64,000 bases of DNA from Malacoraja senta (GCA_038087875.1 CM075989.1:13456001-13520000), one strand, 5' to 3'; shown: positions 50,801 through 63,300, numbered from the stretch's first letter. Notes: generated by a model from the letters alone, not told the origin. Program-made: numbers and translations.

Positions 50801-52861
50801 TGGTGGGTGTTCAAAGAGAGGGGGAGGGGGCATGAGGACTATTGTATGGGGTTAGGAGTAGCTGGGGCCACCTGGTTAAAAGAGGGGGAAGGGGAAGAAC
50901 CAGTGGAAACCCCACTTATGTTCCCTGTAGGAGGGGGGGGAGCAGTAGGCCATGTGGTATTGGGTCTGCATCGTGGAGGCTGTAGTCCTGGTGCTGAGCC
51001 TGGAGCTTGAGTAAGGCATGGCTGAGGTCCACTGGTGGTGGTGGTGTGCCGAGAGTCAGTGAGTCGCTGGTGGAGGCCTGCGGGGAGCTGGAGTCCGGGT
51101 CAACGGACAAAGCGTCAGTCGGTGGAATCCCTGGTGGAAGGCCGCGGGGGGCGGGGAGTCTGGGTCAGACGGACAAAGCATAAGCGTACTGGCTATGATT
51201 TTGCTTTCTGTCTTTAAGGAAAGGTGTGCCTGCATTAGAGACCATGCAAAGGAAGTTCACTGCTCTATTTCCTGAAGGGGATTAAAAATGAAAATAGATT
51301 GAACAGATTGCTCTAATGCCCATTGGAGGTTTAAAGAAAGCAGAGTAATCGATAAATAGACACGGGTCTGAGGAGGACAGACTGGTGGAGGTTGAGAGGT
51401 GTTTCTATGTGTTTACTAGTTTATCTGAGCAAATGTAAGGAAGCTACCTCGATACAGATTTTTGGTACAATTTAAAAAATCTCGTATAGCAGGGTAGTCA
51501 AAACCGGGACATAATCTCAAAACAAGAAGGCTTCCCTATTACAGTTGGAAATAGGTAGGAACAGGAGGGCATGGCACATGAATACGTAGCTGGAGATGAG
51601 GGACTTCAGCTGCTTGAACCAGTGGGATGTCTTCTGGGGCAGAGGTGATGTGAACAAGAGGGGATGGGTTGCCATCTGAACTGGAGGGGAACCAATGTCC
51701 CTGCAGGAATGTTTGCTGGTGCAACAGCGGATGGTTTAAAGTAGTCTGGCAGGCGGTTGGGTCCCAAAATAGTAAATAATATGGTAGATGAGAAAGATTA
51801 AATACATGTACAGATTAAAGTAAGCAGGTCCAGTAGACAGGACAGCCTGGGACAAGAAGGTCCATGGAAAGTCAGATGCGCTAAACGGCATTTACCTTCA
51901 TGTAAGAAATCTCACAATTAACGCAGATGAACTCAGAACACGGATCACACGTGGGATTGTGATATTAAAGTTATAATAGAAACATGGTTCAGGGATAGGG
52001 GAGGACTGCCCAATTCAATGTTCTGTGAAATTGATACTTCCAGTGAGACAAGGAGGAGGGAAGAAGGGGAGGCGAGGTTGCATTATTGATAAGGGAAAAC
52101 ATCAAGGGCAGTATTTAAGGGTTATCCTTGGGAGAACATCCAGCAAGTCCAATGGGTAGAACATAGAATGTAAAGGGGGAGAACACTTTGATTGAGCCCC
52201 CATAGTGGAAATTAGAGGAGCAATTATGGAGTGAAATCACAGATCATTGAAGGAATGATGGGGGTTGTTATTACTAGGTTATTTTTAAGTTCCCGATTAT
52301 TGACCGGGACTTCATTAGTGCTCAGGGAATACTTTCTCATACATGTATATGTGATGACAGGTTTATAGACATGGTCTTTAAGGACTTTAGCAAGGTTTCC
52401 CATGATAAGTTGGTCCGGAAAGTTAGAACATGTGGGGTCCACAGTGACTCAGTAAATTGGATACAAAATTGTTTAGTGGTACGTGTTGAATTCTCGAACC
52501 CGAAGTAAGAACTCAGAGTTTTGTTACATTAACTTTATTTATTTAATTTTTTTGTTTTATTTTAATTGCTGTCAGGGAAAACGTCTCGATCAAGAGCTGA
52601 GGTCACAACTCCAATGATCATTGTAATGTGCAGGTATTTGTACAGAGAACTAAGCAAGTTTCTTATCATGGCATGTGAAGGTTCTAGCAAACTGTCAAAA
52701 CAAGCAGTTAATTCTGCATTGTGCACCAACTGATTGCAGCAGAAATATTTTTGTAATATCCTTGCGAAAAAGGACGTGGTTAATTTCCTTCATGGACTAA
52801 TGGGGGAGACTGACCAGTGGTGTACCGTAGGGATCAATGCTGGATACCATATTATTTGTCA

Positions 52862-54015
52862 TCTATATAACATAAAAGTCTCATCTTGACCACTTACTGT
52901 CTGCGCTTGTATGTGATTTAGAAAAAGCGCTTCCTGTATCGCTGTGATTTTTGGCCATCTATCTCACAGTCCTCCTCCGCTGAGCCAGCCCCGAGGATAT
53001 ATCCCATCGATGAAAAATAAAAAAGTTATGAGTGTTTAAAAAACCTTGAGATCAGCTGACTGGTCCCCTCGCCTGTCAATCACCGCGATGAAGGTAACGC
53101 CCCTTCCGGGGGGGGGGGGGCAGGACTATAAAATCCCAGATGCCTGGACGTGATTCAGTCACTCTGCAAGATCGCGAGGGAGAGGCCACGACTGTCATTC
53201 TAAGCTGTGAATCAACTGAACTGTGAGTCTGGAATGTATTTGCAATAAATGAATTTGTTAACCCTTAATGACAATGGCCATGCCTGTGCTTGAAAGTGCA
53301 GATGCTTAATTGGAAATGAAATGAAATGAAATGACAATGCCATGAGTTGTTTGGCCTGCTGCCCTGCCTAGTGCTTGAAAGTACAATGCTTAATTGGAAA
53401 ATGAAATGAAATGAAATGACAATGCCATGAGTTGTTTGGCCGCTGCCCTGCTGTGCTTGAAACTGCAATGCTTTATTAGGTCCAACTGTGTTTAGTCCAA
53501 AAGTCGCGTTCATTTCGTGACTTCCGCTTAGTGGGACAGTCGCGCTGATTGCTTAATTTCCGGTGAGTGCAGAGGTCACACAGATTGCGAAAGTGCCGTG
53601 TGAGTAGATTCAAGAAAGTTCACTATCATATATATGGTGTGTGAGTCGGTGTGTGTGTATGTGTGTGTGTGAGTCTGTGTATGTTTGTGAGTATGTGTGA
53701 GTGTATGTGTGTGTGAGTGTATGTGTGTGTGAGTCTGTGTGTGTGTATGTGTGAGTGTGTGTGGGTGTGAGTGTATGTGTGAGTCTGTGTGATTGTATGT
53801 GTGAGTGAGTAAGTGTGTGAATGAGTGTGTATGTGTGAGTGATTGTATGTGTGTGAGTGTGTGTGTGTGTGAGGTGGAGGGTGTGTGAGTATGTGTGTGT
53901 GAGTCTGTGTGTGTGTGTGTGTGTGTGTATATTGGAATTGGTGAGAGGTGAAATATTGCATTGGGGGACCAGCCCTCCCGTGTGAAGCTGGGACCCAACG
54001 GGTCCCACAGTCTAG
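52862..54015 (+). mobile_element. Complete non-autonomous Helitron inserted in a CR1 RT remnant
   Basis: 5' a|TCTATATAAC; 3' hairpin TGGGACCC-AAC-GGGTCCCA then CTAG|t. Removing it restores TTATTTGTCATATATATTAACGATTTGGAT (LFVIYINDLD). Contains a (GT)n tract at 53637..53928. Confidence 0.9.
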
Positions 54016-55231
54016 TATATATTAACGATTTGGATACTCACCATTTAGATACACGCACTCATGTAGATGGGGGTGATACACACATTGGTGTTGTAGTGGA
54101 CAGTGAGGAAGGTTGTCATAGTTACAACAAGATCTAGATTAATTGGGAATGTGGGCTTGGGAATGACAGGTGGAATTTAACAGATGCATTTGGGGAAGTT
54201 AAACCAGGACAGGACATGCATGGTGAATGGCAAGGCTCTGGAGAAGGTTATTGATTGGAAATCTTAGGGTATAAGTCCATAGTTCTCTTAAAGTGGACAG
54301 AGTAGTGAAGAAGTAGAGGGAAAAGGAAAGATTCTCAAGAATGTTGTTGAATTCTGCTTCTTCTTTTCGTGTCCATCTTGTTACAAATGTTGACCTCGCT
54401 GTCATCGTTCGTCCTGAAAAGGACGCAAGCTTCCGGCGACAATCAGTGTAAGCCACTGCAGTAGATGATGGTGGTAGCAGAATTAGCTCAGGATACTTCC
54501 AGTTTCCAGCCCCGCGACGTGGACGCTTCTGCTATGGGGCGGTTGCTGGATTAAGTTATAAGGAGACATTGGATAGGTTGGGACAGTTTTACCTGGAATG
54601 AAGGAGGCTGAGATGTTACAGGATAATGCTATATATAATGCTAGAATCCTAGATAGAGTAGATGGACAGAGTCATTTTCCATTGCAGAGGTGTCTACAAT
54701 TGGAGGGCATACAATTAAGGTAAGATGGAGGAGTTTTTAAAGGGTGACTGGGGGTAATATATTTCTGGAAGCTGGAATGAGTTCCGGGAGGAGATGATGG
54801 AGGAAGAAACATTAAAAAACATTTAAAAGGCATTGGAACAGGTACTTGGATGATCAGAGTGTAGTGAGCTGTGTAATTAAAACAGGTAAGTTGGATCAGT
54901 ATGGATAGTCACAATGTTGGGATAGATAGGATGGATGTGATAGGCAGTGTGGGTGGAAGGGCTTGTTTCTGTGCTATGCAACTCTGTGACTCTGACTAAA
55001 AGAGAGTCGAGAATGTGGGTGACCGTGGGTACCACCTGAGAGAGACGGGAAGATGAGAAACATGGGGGATTTCAGGTTCATTTGTCTAAAACCTATTGAA
55101 TATTCACCGACTAAACATTTACAGCCTCAAGGGCAGGGAAGCCTGACATTTAACAACCACCTGCTGAACGTTTATTTTCCTAATCTCTTACCTAATTGCT
55201 GATCCTCTCTCCTGATACACACCCCTAATCC

Positions 55232-56023
55232 GAGTGGTGGCGCCATTGCGTGTGGCAGCCTCGCCAGCAGCTGTCTGCCGTTTCATCCTTTTTGTTATTT
55301 TAGTCTGTCTAAAAGTTTGTTTTTGGAGGTCTTTTAGTCTTTTTTATGTGGGGGGGTGGAAACCGTTTTTCTCAGTCACTACCTGGTCGAGGATACGTCT
55401 CTCCTCCAAGCTGCATCTTCGCCCCCTCCTCACGGCCTACCATCTGGATTGGCGTGGCCTTTCCTGCTGGAGACCGGCCGGAGCTTCAGCAGCGGCGCAC
55501 CACCGCATTCCATCGCGGAGGGGGCGATTCCTTACCTGGATCGCCATGTTGGAGCTCCGGAGTGTTGGGACTTCCAGCCGCGGGCGGCGCTGACTTCAAC
55601 ATCGCGGAGGCTGGGATCTTTGCCGAGGATCGCCAGTGTTGGAGCTCCATCCAGCTCGGCCTGTGGACTTCAGGAGCTGCAGTCTCCGGTAGGAAGTGGC
55701 CGATTCGGAAACTCCAAGCCGCTGAGAGTGTTCTCCGTTCCGACGCCGGAGCTCCATCATCCCGGCGAGAGGGTCTGAAACATCGGGCTGCCATTGCGGT
55801 GACTGCGGAGGCCTCAATAGGCCCCGACCACGGGTGAACAAAGAGGAAGAGGACTGAACTTTGTTGCCTTCCCTCACAGTGGGAAACGTTGATTCCGCTG
55901 TGGAGGGATGTTTTTATGTTTTATGTTAAATTCTATAGTGTTGTGTTTATTTTATTTGTGTGCTGCATGGTAACTCAAATTTCACTGCACCAATTGGTGC
56001 ATGTGACAATAAATGTCCTTTGT
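55232..56023 (+). mobile_element. ~790-bp non-coding retroelement-like insertion with 8-bp TSD
   Basis: cctaatcc at 55224-55231 and 56024-56031; empty site in the paralogous copy at ~47041-47055; Rex1-like tail gtgacaataaa-tgtcctttgtcc. Confidence 0.8.
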
Positions 56024-57706
56024 CCTAATCCCAGGTTCTCCTTTCAGAGGTGATCCCTCTTGGAATTTGATATCTCAGTGACAGTGTCTCTGTTATTCTG
56101 AACTAAGATGAATGTTGACCAATCTTACTCAATGATTGAAGGTATTGCAACAGGAACTCGCACGCATCTATTTTGTGGAATAAATTACGCATTCATTTGG
56201 ATTGCATTTGGAAATAGCTTAACTTCCATCTGGGCATGTTGCAGCCTTCTGGACCCAATGTCAAATCTAATAAATTCAGGTAACTCATTTCCTCTCTATA
56301 TTTAAGAACTGGCCACTTCTACTACAGGTTGTCTATCTGCAATATTGACTCAGATATTCTCTCTCTAAGCAGTTCCCACAAGAATAAAGAAAGGGAACAC
56401 AGAAGGCGAGGCCAAAAGAGCCATCAGGGTTTCTAATAGTATAAGAGAAATGAAGAGAATAGATAAAATAAACCCTGGCCCCTCAGAAGATGAGAATGAG
56501 GAATTAATGGGAAAGGGAGGCATGTCAGAGATACAAAATCATTATTTTGAATTCATCTTCACAGTGCAAGATACAAAGAACATTCCAATAATAAAGAAAC
56601 AATGGTTGTAAGAAGGCCAGAGATTTAGAAATTCTTAAAACAATCAGCAGAATCAACATGGTTTTAATGCAACTGATTATTTCCTAGAGTTCTTTGAGGA
56701 AATAAATAATTGCAGTGTAATGGGGGGAATGTGAGGTTATGTTTTCTGGAGGAAAGAATGAAAAGGCATTTTTTAAATTTAAATGGAATCAAACATGGAA
56801 GCATATAAAAAAAATAGGTGCAGGAGTAGGCCATTTGGCTCCTTGAGCCAGCACCGCCATTCAATATGATCGTGGCTGATCATCTAAAATCAGTACCCCG
56901 TTCCTGATTTTTCCCCATATCCCTTGATTCCTTTAATGCTAAGAGCTAAATCTAACTCTCTCTTGAAAACATCCAGTGAATTGGCCTCCACTGCCTTTTG
57001 TGGCAGAGATTCATAACTCTCTGGGTTGAAACTACAAATGTTGCATGGATTCTCCAACAGAAAAACATGAAACGTTAGCATGCACAGCACATAGTTTGGA
57101 ATAGAAATGATTTAAACCACTACAGATGATGATTTAAATCAAAGATCAACACAAAATATTAAAGTAACTCAGCGAGACAGGCAGCATCTCTGGAGAGAAG
57201 AAATGGGTGATGTTTCAGGTCAAGACCCTTCTTCAGACTGATGTCAGGGGAGTGGGCGGTACAGAGATAAGGAAGTGTATAGATAAGGAAGTGTAAGATG
57301 TGAAAACAGAACAAAGGGAATTGACACTGTTGGTTGGGAGAAGATAACAACAAAGCAAACAGATAAAATGTTGTCGGAGACAGTAAGACTGCTTGGAGAA
57401 CTAGGAAGGAGGAGTGGATGGAGTGAGAGGGAAAGCAAGGGTTACTTAAAGTTAGAGAAGTCAATGTTCATTAACAGAAACAGTAAAAACATACAAGGTG
57501 AATGGTAAGGCTCTGGAGAGGGTTATTGATTGGAAACCTTGGGGTATAAGTCCACAGTTAAAGTGGACAGAGTAGTGAAGAAGTAGACAGGGCGCAGAAA
57601 AGATTCCCAAGGATGTTGCTGGATTAAGTTATAAAGAGACATTGGATAGGCTGGGTCTGTTTTACCTGGAGTGAAGGAGGCTGAGATGTTACATTATAAT
57701 GGTATA

Positions 57707-60105
57707 TCTACATACTATTAACAGTTTCATCTTGTTTCTATGAATGCGTCTGTCTGTGTGAGTGTATTTTCGCCAAAACGGTACACGGTAGCGCTAAAAT
57801 TTTTGCAGAACCTTACTCAGCTTTTTCTCGTCGTCGCACTAATCAAGTTTCCTTCAGATTTGCTGATATATTTCACAACTTATTAATATTTAAAGGTTTA
57901 TAAATGCCAACTTTAACAATATTTTTACTGTTAAAATCCTTCCTGCCAGCTTCCTACAAACTTCAATAAAAAGTTGCAATACAGGAACACTCTGTGCTTC
58001 CAGCAACTTTTCACCTGAATGGGATATCACAGTCTTCCACCGGACATTTGCAACAATGTTGCCATCATGCAACACTTACTCCAGCTTCTGGCAGGACACG
58101 AGGGGGAGGGTGAATTGGTATTGCAATTGGGGAAGTGCAATTGGAATTTTTTTTAAAGTCGGGCAGTGCTGGAATCTTACGTTCGGCAACGGGATGAGTT
58201 GGGGGACCACGTCTCCCATGGGGGCTACGGGTTAGTGGTGCAATATTGTGTTGGGGAACGGGTTGCATTGGGGGACCAGGCCTCCCATGTGACAGGGGGT
58301 CCCAGTTGGTCTTGTCTATCTTCTATACTATTACTAAAACACTCATCTTGTCCTCTTCCGGTTTGCATTGTTTTTAAATTTGCGCAAAAATGGTACCCTA
58401 TATCGCTAGGATTACTCCCCACCGTACTCACCGTTCTCCTCTGCTCCAAGCGCTCCAAGTTTTATTCTGATCAGTGGAAGATTACAAAGTTATGAAGGTT
58501 TAAAAAAACATGAGATTAGCAGATTGATCTTCTCGCCTGTCAGTCACCATGAAGGTAACTTCCGGCACCCGCTTTAATCACCGGGCGGGGCGAGGTGAAT
58601 AAAACCCCGGAGGCGGGGCTGAGTCCACAAGCCTTGCTGAGTGAGTCCGCGAGCCGTGCGGAGAATGACCAGTGAAGCGCCCAGCGCCCGCTGTGAGTCC
58701 CCTTTGCACCCCCAACCCCTTCCCCTCTGGTCCCCCTCGCTGGCTCCTGCCCCCCTCCCCCGTAATACTGCACTCTCCCCCATGGTTCTTCCCCGTCTTT
58801 TCTCCGAGCTCTCACCCCCCCTGTCCCCCCCCTTCCCTCCACACACCCCTCCCTCCCACACACTCCTCTCTTCCACACACCCCTCACAACCCTCCCCCTG
58901 CCCACACGCACCCCGAGCTCTCTCCCCCCTGCATCTTTACTGCAGCTGCGGGAGCTCTGGGTGGCCCGACCTGGCCTGACTCATCCCAGCCAGCGGCGAG
59001 TCTGAGATGGCACCGATGTCGCCAAACAGAGCAGAGACTCCCGGCAAAGTAGAACGACCAGCGAAGCGACCAGCAAAGCGACCAGCGCCCGCTATGAATC
59101 CCCATCGCACCTCCAACCCCTTCCCCTCTGGTCCCCCTTGCTGGCTCCTGCCCCCTACCCCATAATACCGCACTCTCCCCATCGCTCTTCCACCGTCTTT
59201 TATCCGAGCTCTCTCCCCCCCTGCCCCCACACCCATCCACCCCCGCCCACACACCCCTCTCCCCGGCAACCCCCCTCTCCCCGGCAACCCCCCTCTCCCC
59301 GCAACCCCCCCTCCCCTTACAAACCCCCCTCCCCCACAACCCCCCTCCCACTCACCCCCCACAATCCCTCCCTCCCCCACACAACCCCCCTACCCTCACA
59401 CAACCCCCACTACCCGCACACAACCCCCCTACCCCCACACAACCCACCCTATCCCCCACACAACCCACCCTATCCCCCACACAACCCCTCTACCCCCACA
59501 CAACCCCCCTACCCCCCACACAACGCCCCTTCCCCCCACACAACCCCCCCCACACACACCTCCCCACCCACAAACTCCTCCTCCACAACGCCCGTGTCCA
59601 CAACCCCCCTTTCCCCCACAAGCCTCCCCGCCCACACATACCCCCCGCCCACACACACGCCCCTCCCCTCCACACACCCCCGCCCACACACACCACTGCC
59701 CCAAACCACCCCATCCCCCTCCCACATCCTCCCTCCCCCTCACCTCCCACCCCCCTCCCCCCCACATCCCTCCTCCTCCCCACTCGCAAACACCTCCAGC
59801 CCAAATACACACTTCCTCTCCCACCCCACACACCCCTCCACCACCACACACCTTCCGTGGTGACTGGGAGCCAATGGGTCCCACTTAGTCTCGTATACTA
59901 TTAAAAGTATCGTCTTGTTTGTCTGTGATATCAAGGAACTACGCCAAAACGGTACAGAATAGCGCAAAATTTCTTGCAGAATCTTACTCAGCTTTTTCCC
60001 GTGGTCGTTCGTATCAAGTTTCTTCACATTTGATGTTATATTTTACAAGAAATTTAACATTTTTAAACTTACAAACTCAAGATTTGGGAATAAAGGGGGG
60101 ACCAG
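57707..60105 (+). mobile_element. Head-to-tail array of three non-autonomous Helitrons (57707..58314, 58322..59893, 59894..60105 truncated)
   Basis: 5' ends TCTACATACTATTAA, TCTATACTATTACTAAAA and TATACTATTAAAAG; degenerate 3' ends gggtccc..ggtCTTG and gggagccaatgggtccc..agtCTCG. Confidence 0.75.
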
Positions 60106-63100
60106 TTGTTCCCAATATGGCACAGAGCTGAAAAACAAAGCAAGGCTGGCATCAGACAAGGACCGCTGGACACCGACTGATTCTGATGCAGTGATGTGGG
60201 AGGTGTTCATCACTTCACGTCAGTGACCCACAACTGGGACAGCCAGAGAGTCTGAGTACTACTGGTCACAGTTACAGGCAAAGTTCCCCAAATCAGCTAC
60301 CCTTGAGTGCAGGCCCATGGTTCTGAGTCAAAGGTGCTGAAGTCTGGAGACTCCCCTAAAAATATCTCCAAACCTGGATTATCAATGGATAGACAATTCC
60401 ACCCAGGGTTGGTAAAATGTGTAAGAAAGAACTGCAGATGCTGGTATAAATCAATTGAAGACACAAAATACTGGAGAAACTCAGCGGGTGAGGCAGCATC
60501 TCTGGAGAGAAGGAATGGCCGATGTTTCGGGTCGCGACCCTTCTTCAGACTGATGTCAGGGGAGGGGGTGGGACAAAGATAGAATGTAGGCGGAGACAGT
60601 AAGAATAGTGGGAGAACTGGGAAGGGGAAGGGGATGGAGAGAAAGCAAGGGCTATCTGAAGTTAGAGAAGTCAATATTCATGCCGCTGAGGTGTAAACTA
60701 CCCAAATGAAATATGTTCCTCTAATTTGCGCTGGGCCTCACTCTGACAATGGAGGAGGCCCAGGAGAGAAAGGTTTGACTGGGAATGGGAGGGGGAGTTG
60801 AAGTGCTGAGCCACCAGGAGTTGATGAGGTCAGTGAGTTTGGCATGGGTGCAGGAGGTAGCACCAAGGCAATCGTCAATGTAGCAGAGGTAGAGTTCGGG
60901 GATAGGGCCAGTGTATGCATAGAACAGGGATTTCCATCCCGCAAATTTCCATCATGCAAACTTCACCACTAATTTCCAACTTACAAATGTCACTAATTTC
61001 CAACCTGCAAACTTCATCGCTAATTTCCATCTTACAAACTTCAATAATTTCCATACTGCAAACTTCACCACTAATTTCCATTCTAATTCACCACTAACTA
61101 CATTCAAATCCACTTGGACAATCTCTGACATTTCCCTATCGTTTCTAGATCTCACCGTCTCCACTACAGGTAACAAACTATTGATCGACATCTACTACAA
61201 ACCCACTGACTCCCATAGCTATCTTGAGAACATTTCTTCCCACTCTGCTTCCTGTAAAGACTCTATCCCCTACTCCCAATTCCTCCGTCTACGCCACATC
61301 TGCACCCACGATGAGGTGTTCCATACCAGGGCATCGGAGATGTCCTCATTCTTTAGGAAACGGGGTTCCCCTCTTCCATTATAGATGAGGCTCTCACTTG
61401 GGTCTCCTCGCAGCTTCACTCTTACTCCCCCTCCCCCCATTCATAACAATGCAGACTCCCCCTTATCCTCACCTTCCACCACATCAACCGTTACATACAC
61501 ATATAATCCACCAACATTTTCGCCACTTCCAACGGGATCCCACTACTGGCCACATCTTCCCATCTCCACCCCTTTCTGCTTTCCACAGTGACCGTTCCCT
61601 CCGAAACTCTCTGGTCAACTTGTCCCTTCCCGCCCAAACCACCCCTTCCCCAGATACTTATCCCTGCAACTTCAGGAGATGCAACACCTGTCCCTTTACC
61701 TCTGCCCTCGACTCTTTCCAAGTGAGGCAGAGGTTCACTTGCATCTCCTCCAACCTCATCTACTGTATCCGCTGTTCCAGGTGTCAACTACTCTACATCG
61801 GCGAGACCAAGCGCAGGCTCAGCGATCGTTTCACAGAACATCTCCGCTCAGTCCGTATTAACGTACCTGATCTCCCAGTGGCTCAGCACTTCAACTTCCC
61901 CTCCCATTCCCAATCTGACCTTTATGAACATTGACTTCTCTAACTTCAGATAACCCTTGCTTTCTCTCTCCATCCCCTTCCCCTTCCCAGTTCTCCCACT
62001 AGTCATACTGTCTCCGCCTACATTCCATCTTTGTCCCACCCCCTCTCCTGACATCAGTCTGAAGAAAGGTCTCAACCCGAAACGTCGCCCATTCCTTCTC
62101 TCCAGAGATGCTGCCTACCTGCCGAGTTACTCCAACATTTGGTGTCCACCCATGGTTTAGATGTGTTCGGCTGTGCACCCACATCAACTCCACAAACTCA
62201 GTCTTTTCAGAAGTTTATTCACAGACAACTAGAAGTAAAGTATTTGTTTAGTTAGTTTGTCTTTGACCACTTACTGTGAGGAGGGAGAACAGATGCCATC
62301 CCAAGTTTAGACATGCTCGGCGGGTAAGTGGGCGAAGACTCGGGAAGTGGGAATCGCCCATTTTATGTCAGGTCGGCACAATTGGCTGAATTGTCTCCTT
62401 TGTCCAGCAAAGTTTTCAAAATGAAAGACATTTGGGATAATTTTGTTCAATATCTAACCAGAGGCATAATTTCAGATTAATGGAAAGTTACCATCGTGTC
62501 CTATGAGTGATACCAGCTATAGGAAGTCCCTTTGTTGGGGAGATGGGCAGTCCACCCTGAGCCAGGCCCTGTGCTGCTCATGGCTGCACCAACTCAGGTC
62601 CCACCAGCAGAGGGTTTGGGGCAGCAGCAAGAAGCCAATGTTCAGTCACATTTGCAAAAGATGGAAGCCAAGGCCAGCTGAGAAGGTACATTCCCCCCAA
62701 AGAAATCCTTCCCCAACTTTCCCTCAATCTATTCTTTGCACAAATTACGGACAGTTTGGTTCAATTATTCCAAGATGGATTGTTGAAAGGTCATTGCAGT
62801 TAGTCAGTGCCTGGGTGTGTACTAGAACAGTCACGTCCGGCCACTGAGTGGGAGAAAATCAGGGAGAAAGGCAGAGATGTATCGTCGACCGAGCAGAGTA
62901 TGTCAGGTCTGAGAGCTGGACACTGGGAGGGGTCGCGTGGTACCTGCAGCACTCCACCCCCACGGCTGTTGGGGTGATGGTGTAGGAAGTGATCAGGGAG
63001 CCCCAGCATCACCGCCAGCCAGTCCATCATGCTTATCTCCAGCTCGATGCAGGCGCAGCTCGAGGCCTGCATATCAAAAACAGTCCATCAGTGATTCCAC

Positions 63101-63300
63101 GAATATTCAGGGCAGAGATTCCCAGAGATTTACCACCCTCTTCAAAAAGTCCCTACACTGATCTCAAGTGTCACTGATCTCTTAACAGATATTGGTCCTG
63201 ATTACTATAGGGAGGTTACATGAAAACAGTTGATTTCCCAAGACTGGAGTGGGGTGCTGGGTGCTGGGTGTGGGCTGCTGGGGGTGGGGTGCTGGGGGTG
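60101..63300 (-). pseudogene. HDC: Inverted, internally deleted partial duplicate of HDC (intron 2 repeat, intron 3, exon 4, intron 4, intron 6, first 27 nt of exon 7)
   Basis: 60101..61723 is the reverse complement of 29729..31351. ~62140..62268 matches 29265..29392, ~62267..63246 matches 25370..26380, and 63244..63300 matches the intron 2 C-rich repeat. Exon 4 copy at 62944..63066 reads [10 protein letters not shown] instead of [10 protein letters not shown]. Exons 3, 5 and 6 are missing. Confidence 0.92.
60420..62148. mobile_element. Penelope element with inverted terminal repeats within the HDC duplicate
   Basis: Plus ORF 61398..61934 carries GIY-YIG motif [30 protein letters not shown]; terminal repeat present on both strands. 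Confidence 0.85.

Larger units (their letters stand above)
46730..57706 (+). repeat. Diverged direct segmental duplication (46730..48635 = 54920..57470; 54220..54630 = 57497..57706)
   Basis: Long colinear matches including non-repeat sequence, with copy-specific insertions. Confidence 0.85.

Noticed and set aside
53576..54008. His/Thr-rich ORFs
   Set aside because: Translation of a (GT)n/(CA)n microsatellite.
55234..55877. Overlapping 93-163 aa ORFs
   Set aside because: GC-rich inserted element with no recognisable domain; ORFs in many frames.
58540..59884. Long Pro-rich and Gly-rich ORFs (e.g. 59138..59863)
   Set aside because: Low-complexity C-rich interior of a Helitron; open on several frames and both strands.
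60101..63300. A second functional HDC gene
   Set aside because: Exons 3, 5 and 6 are deleted, exon 7 is truncated, conserved residues are changed and no start exon is present.
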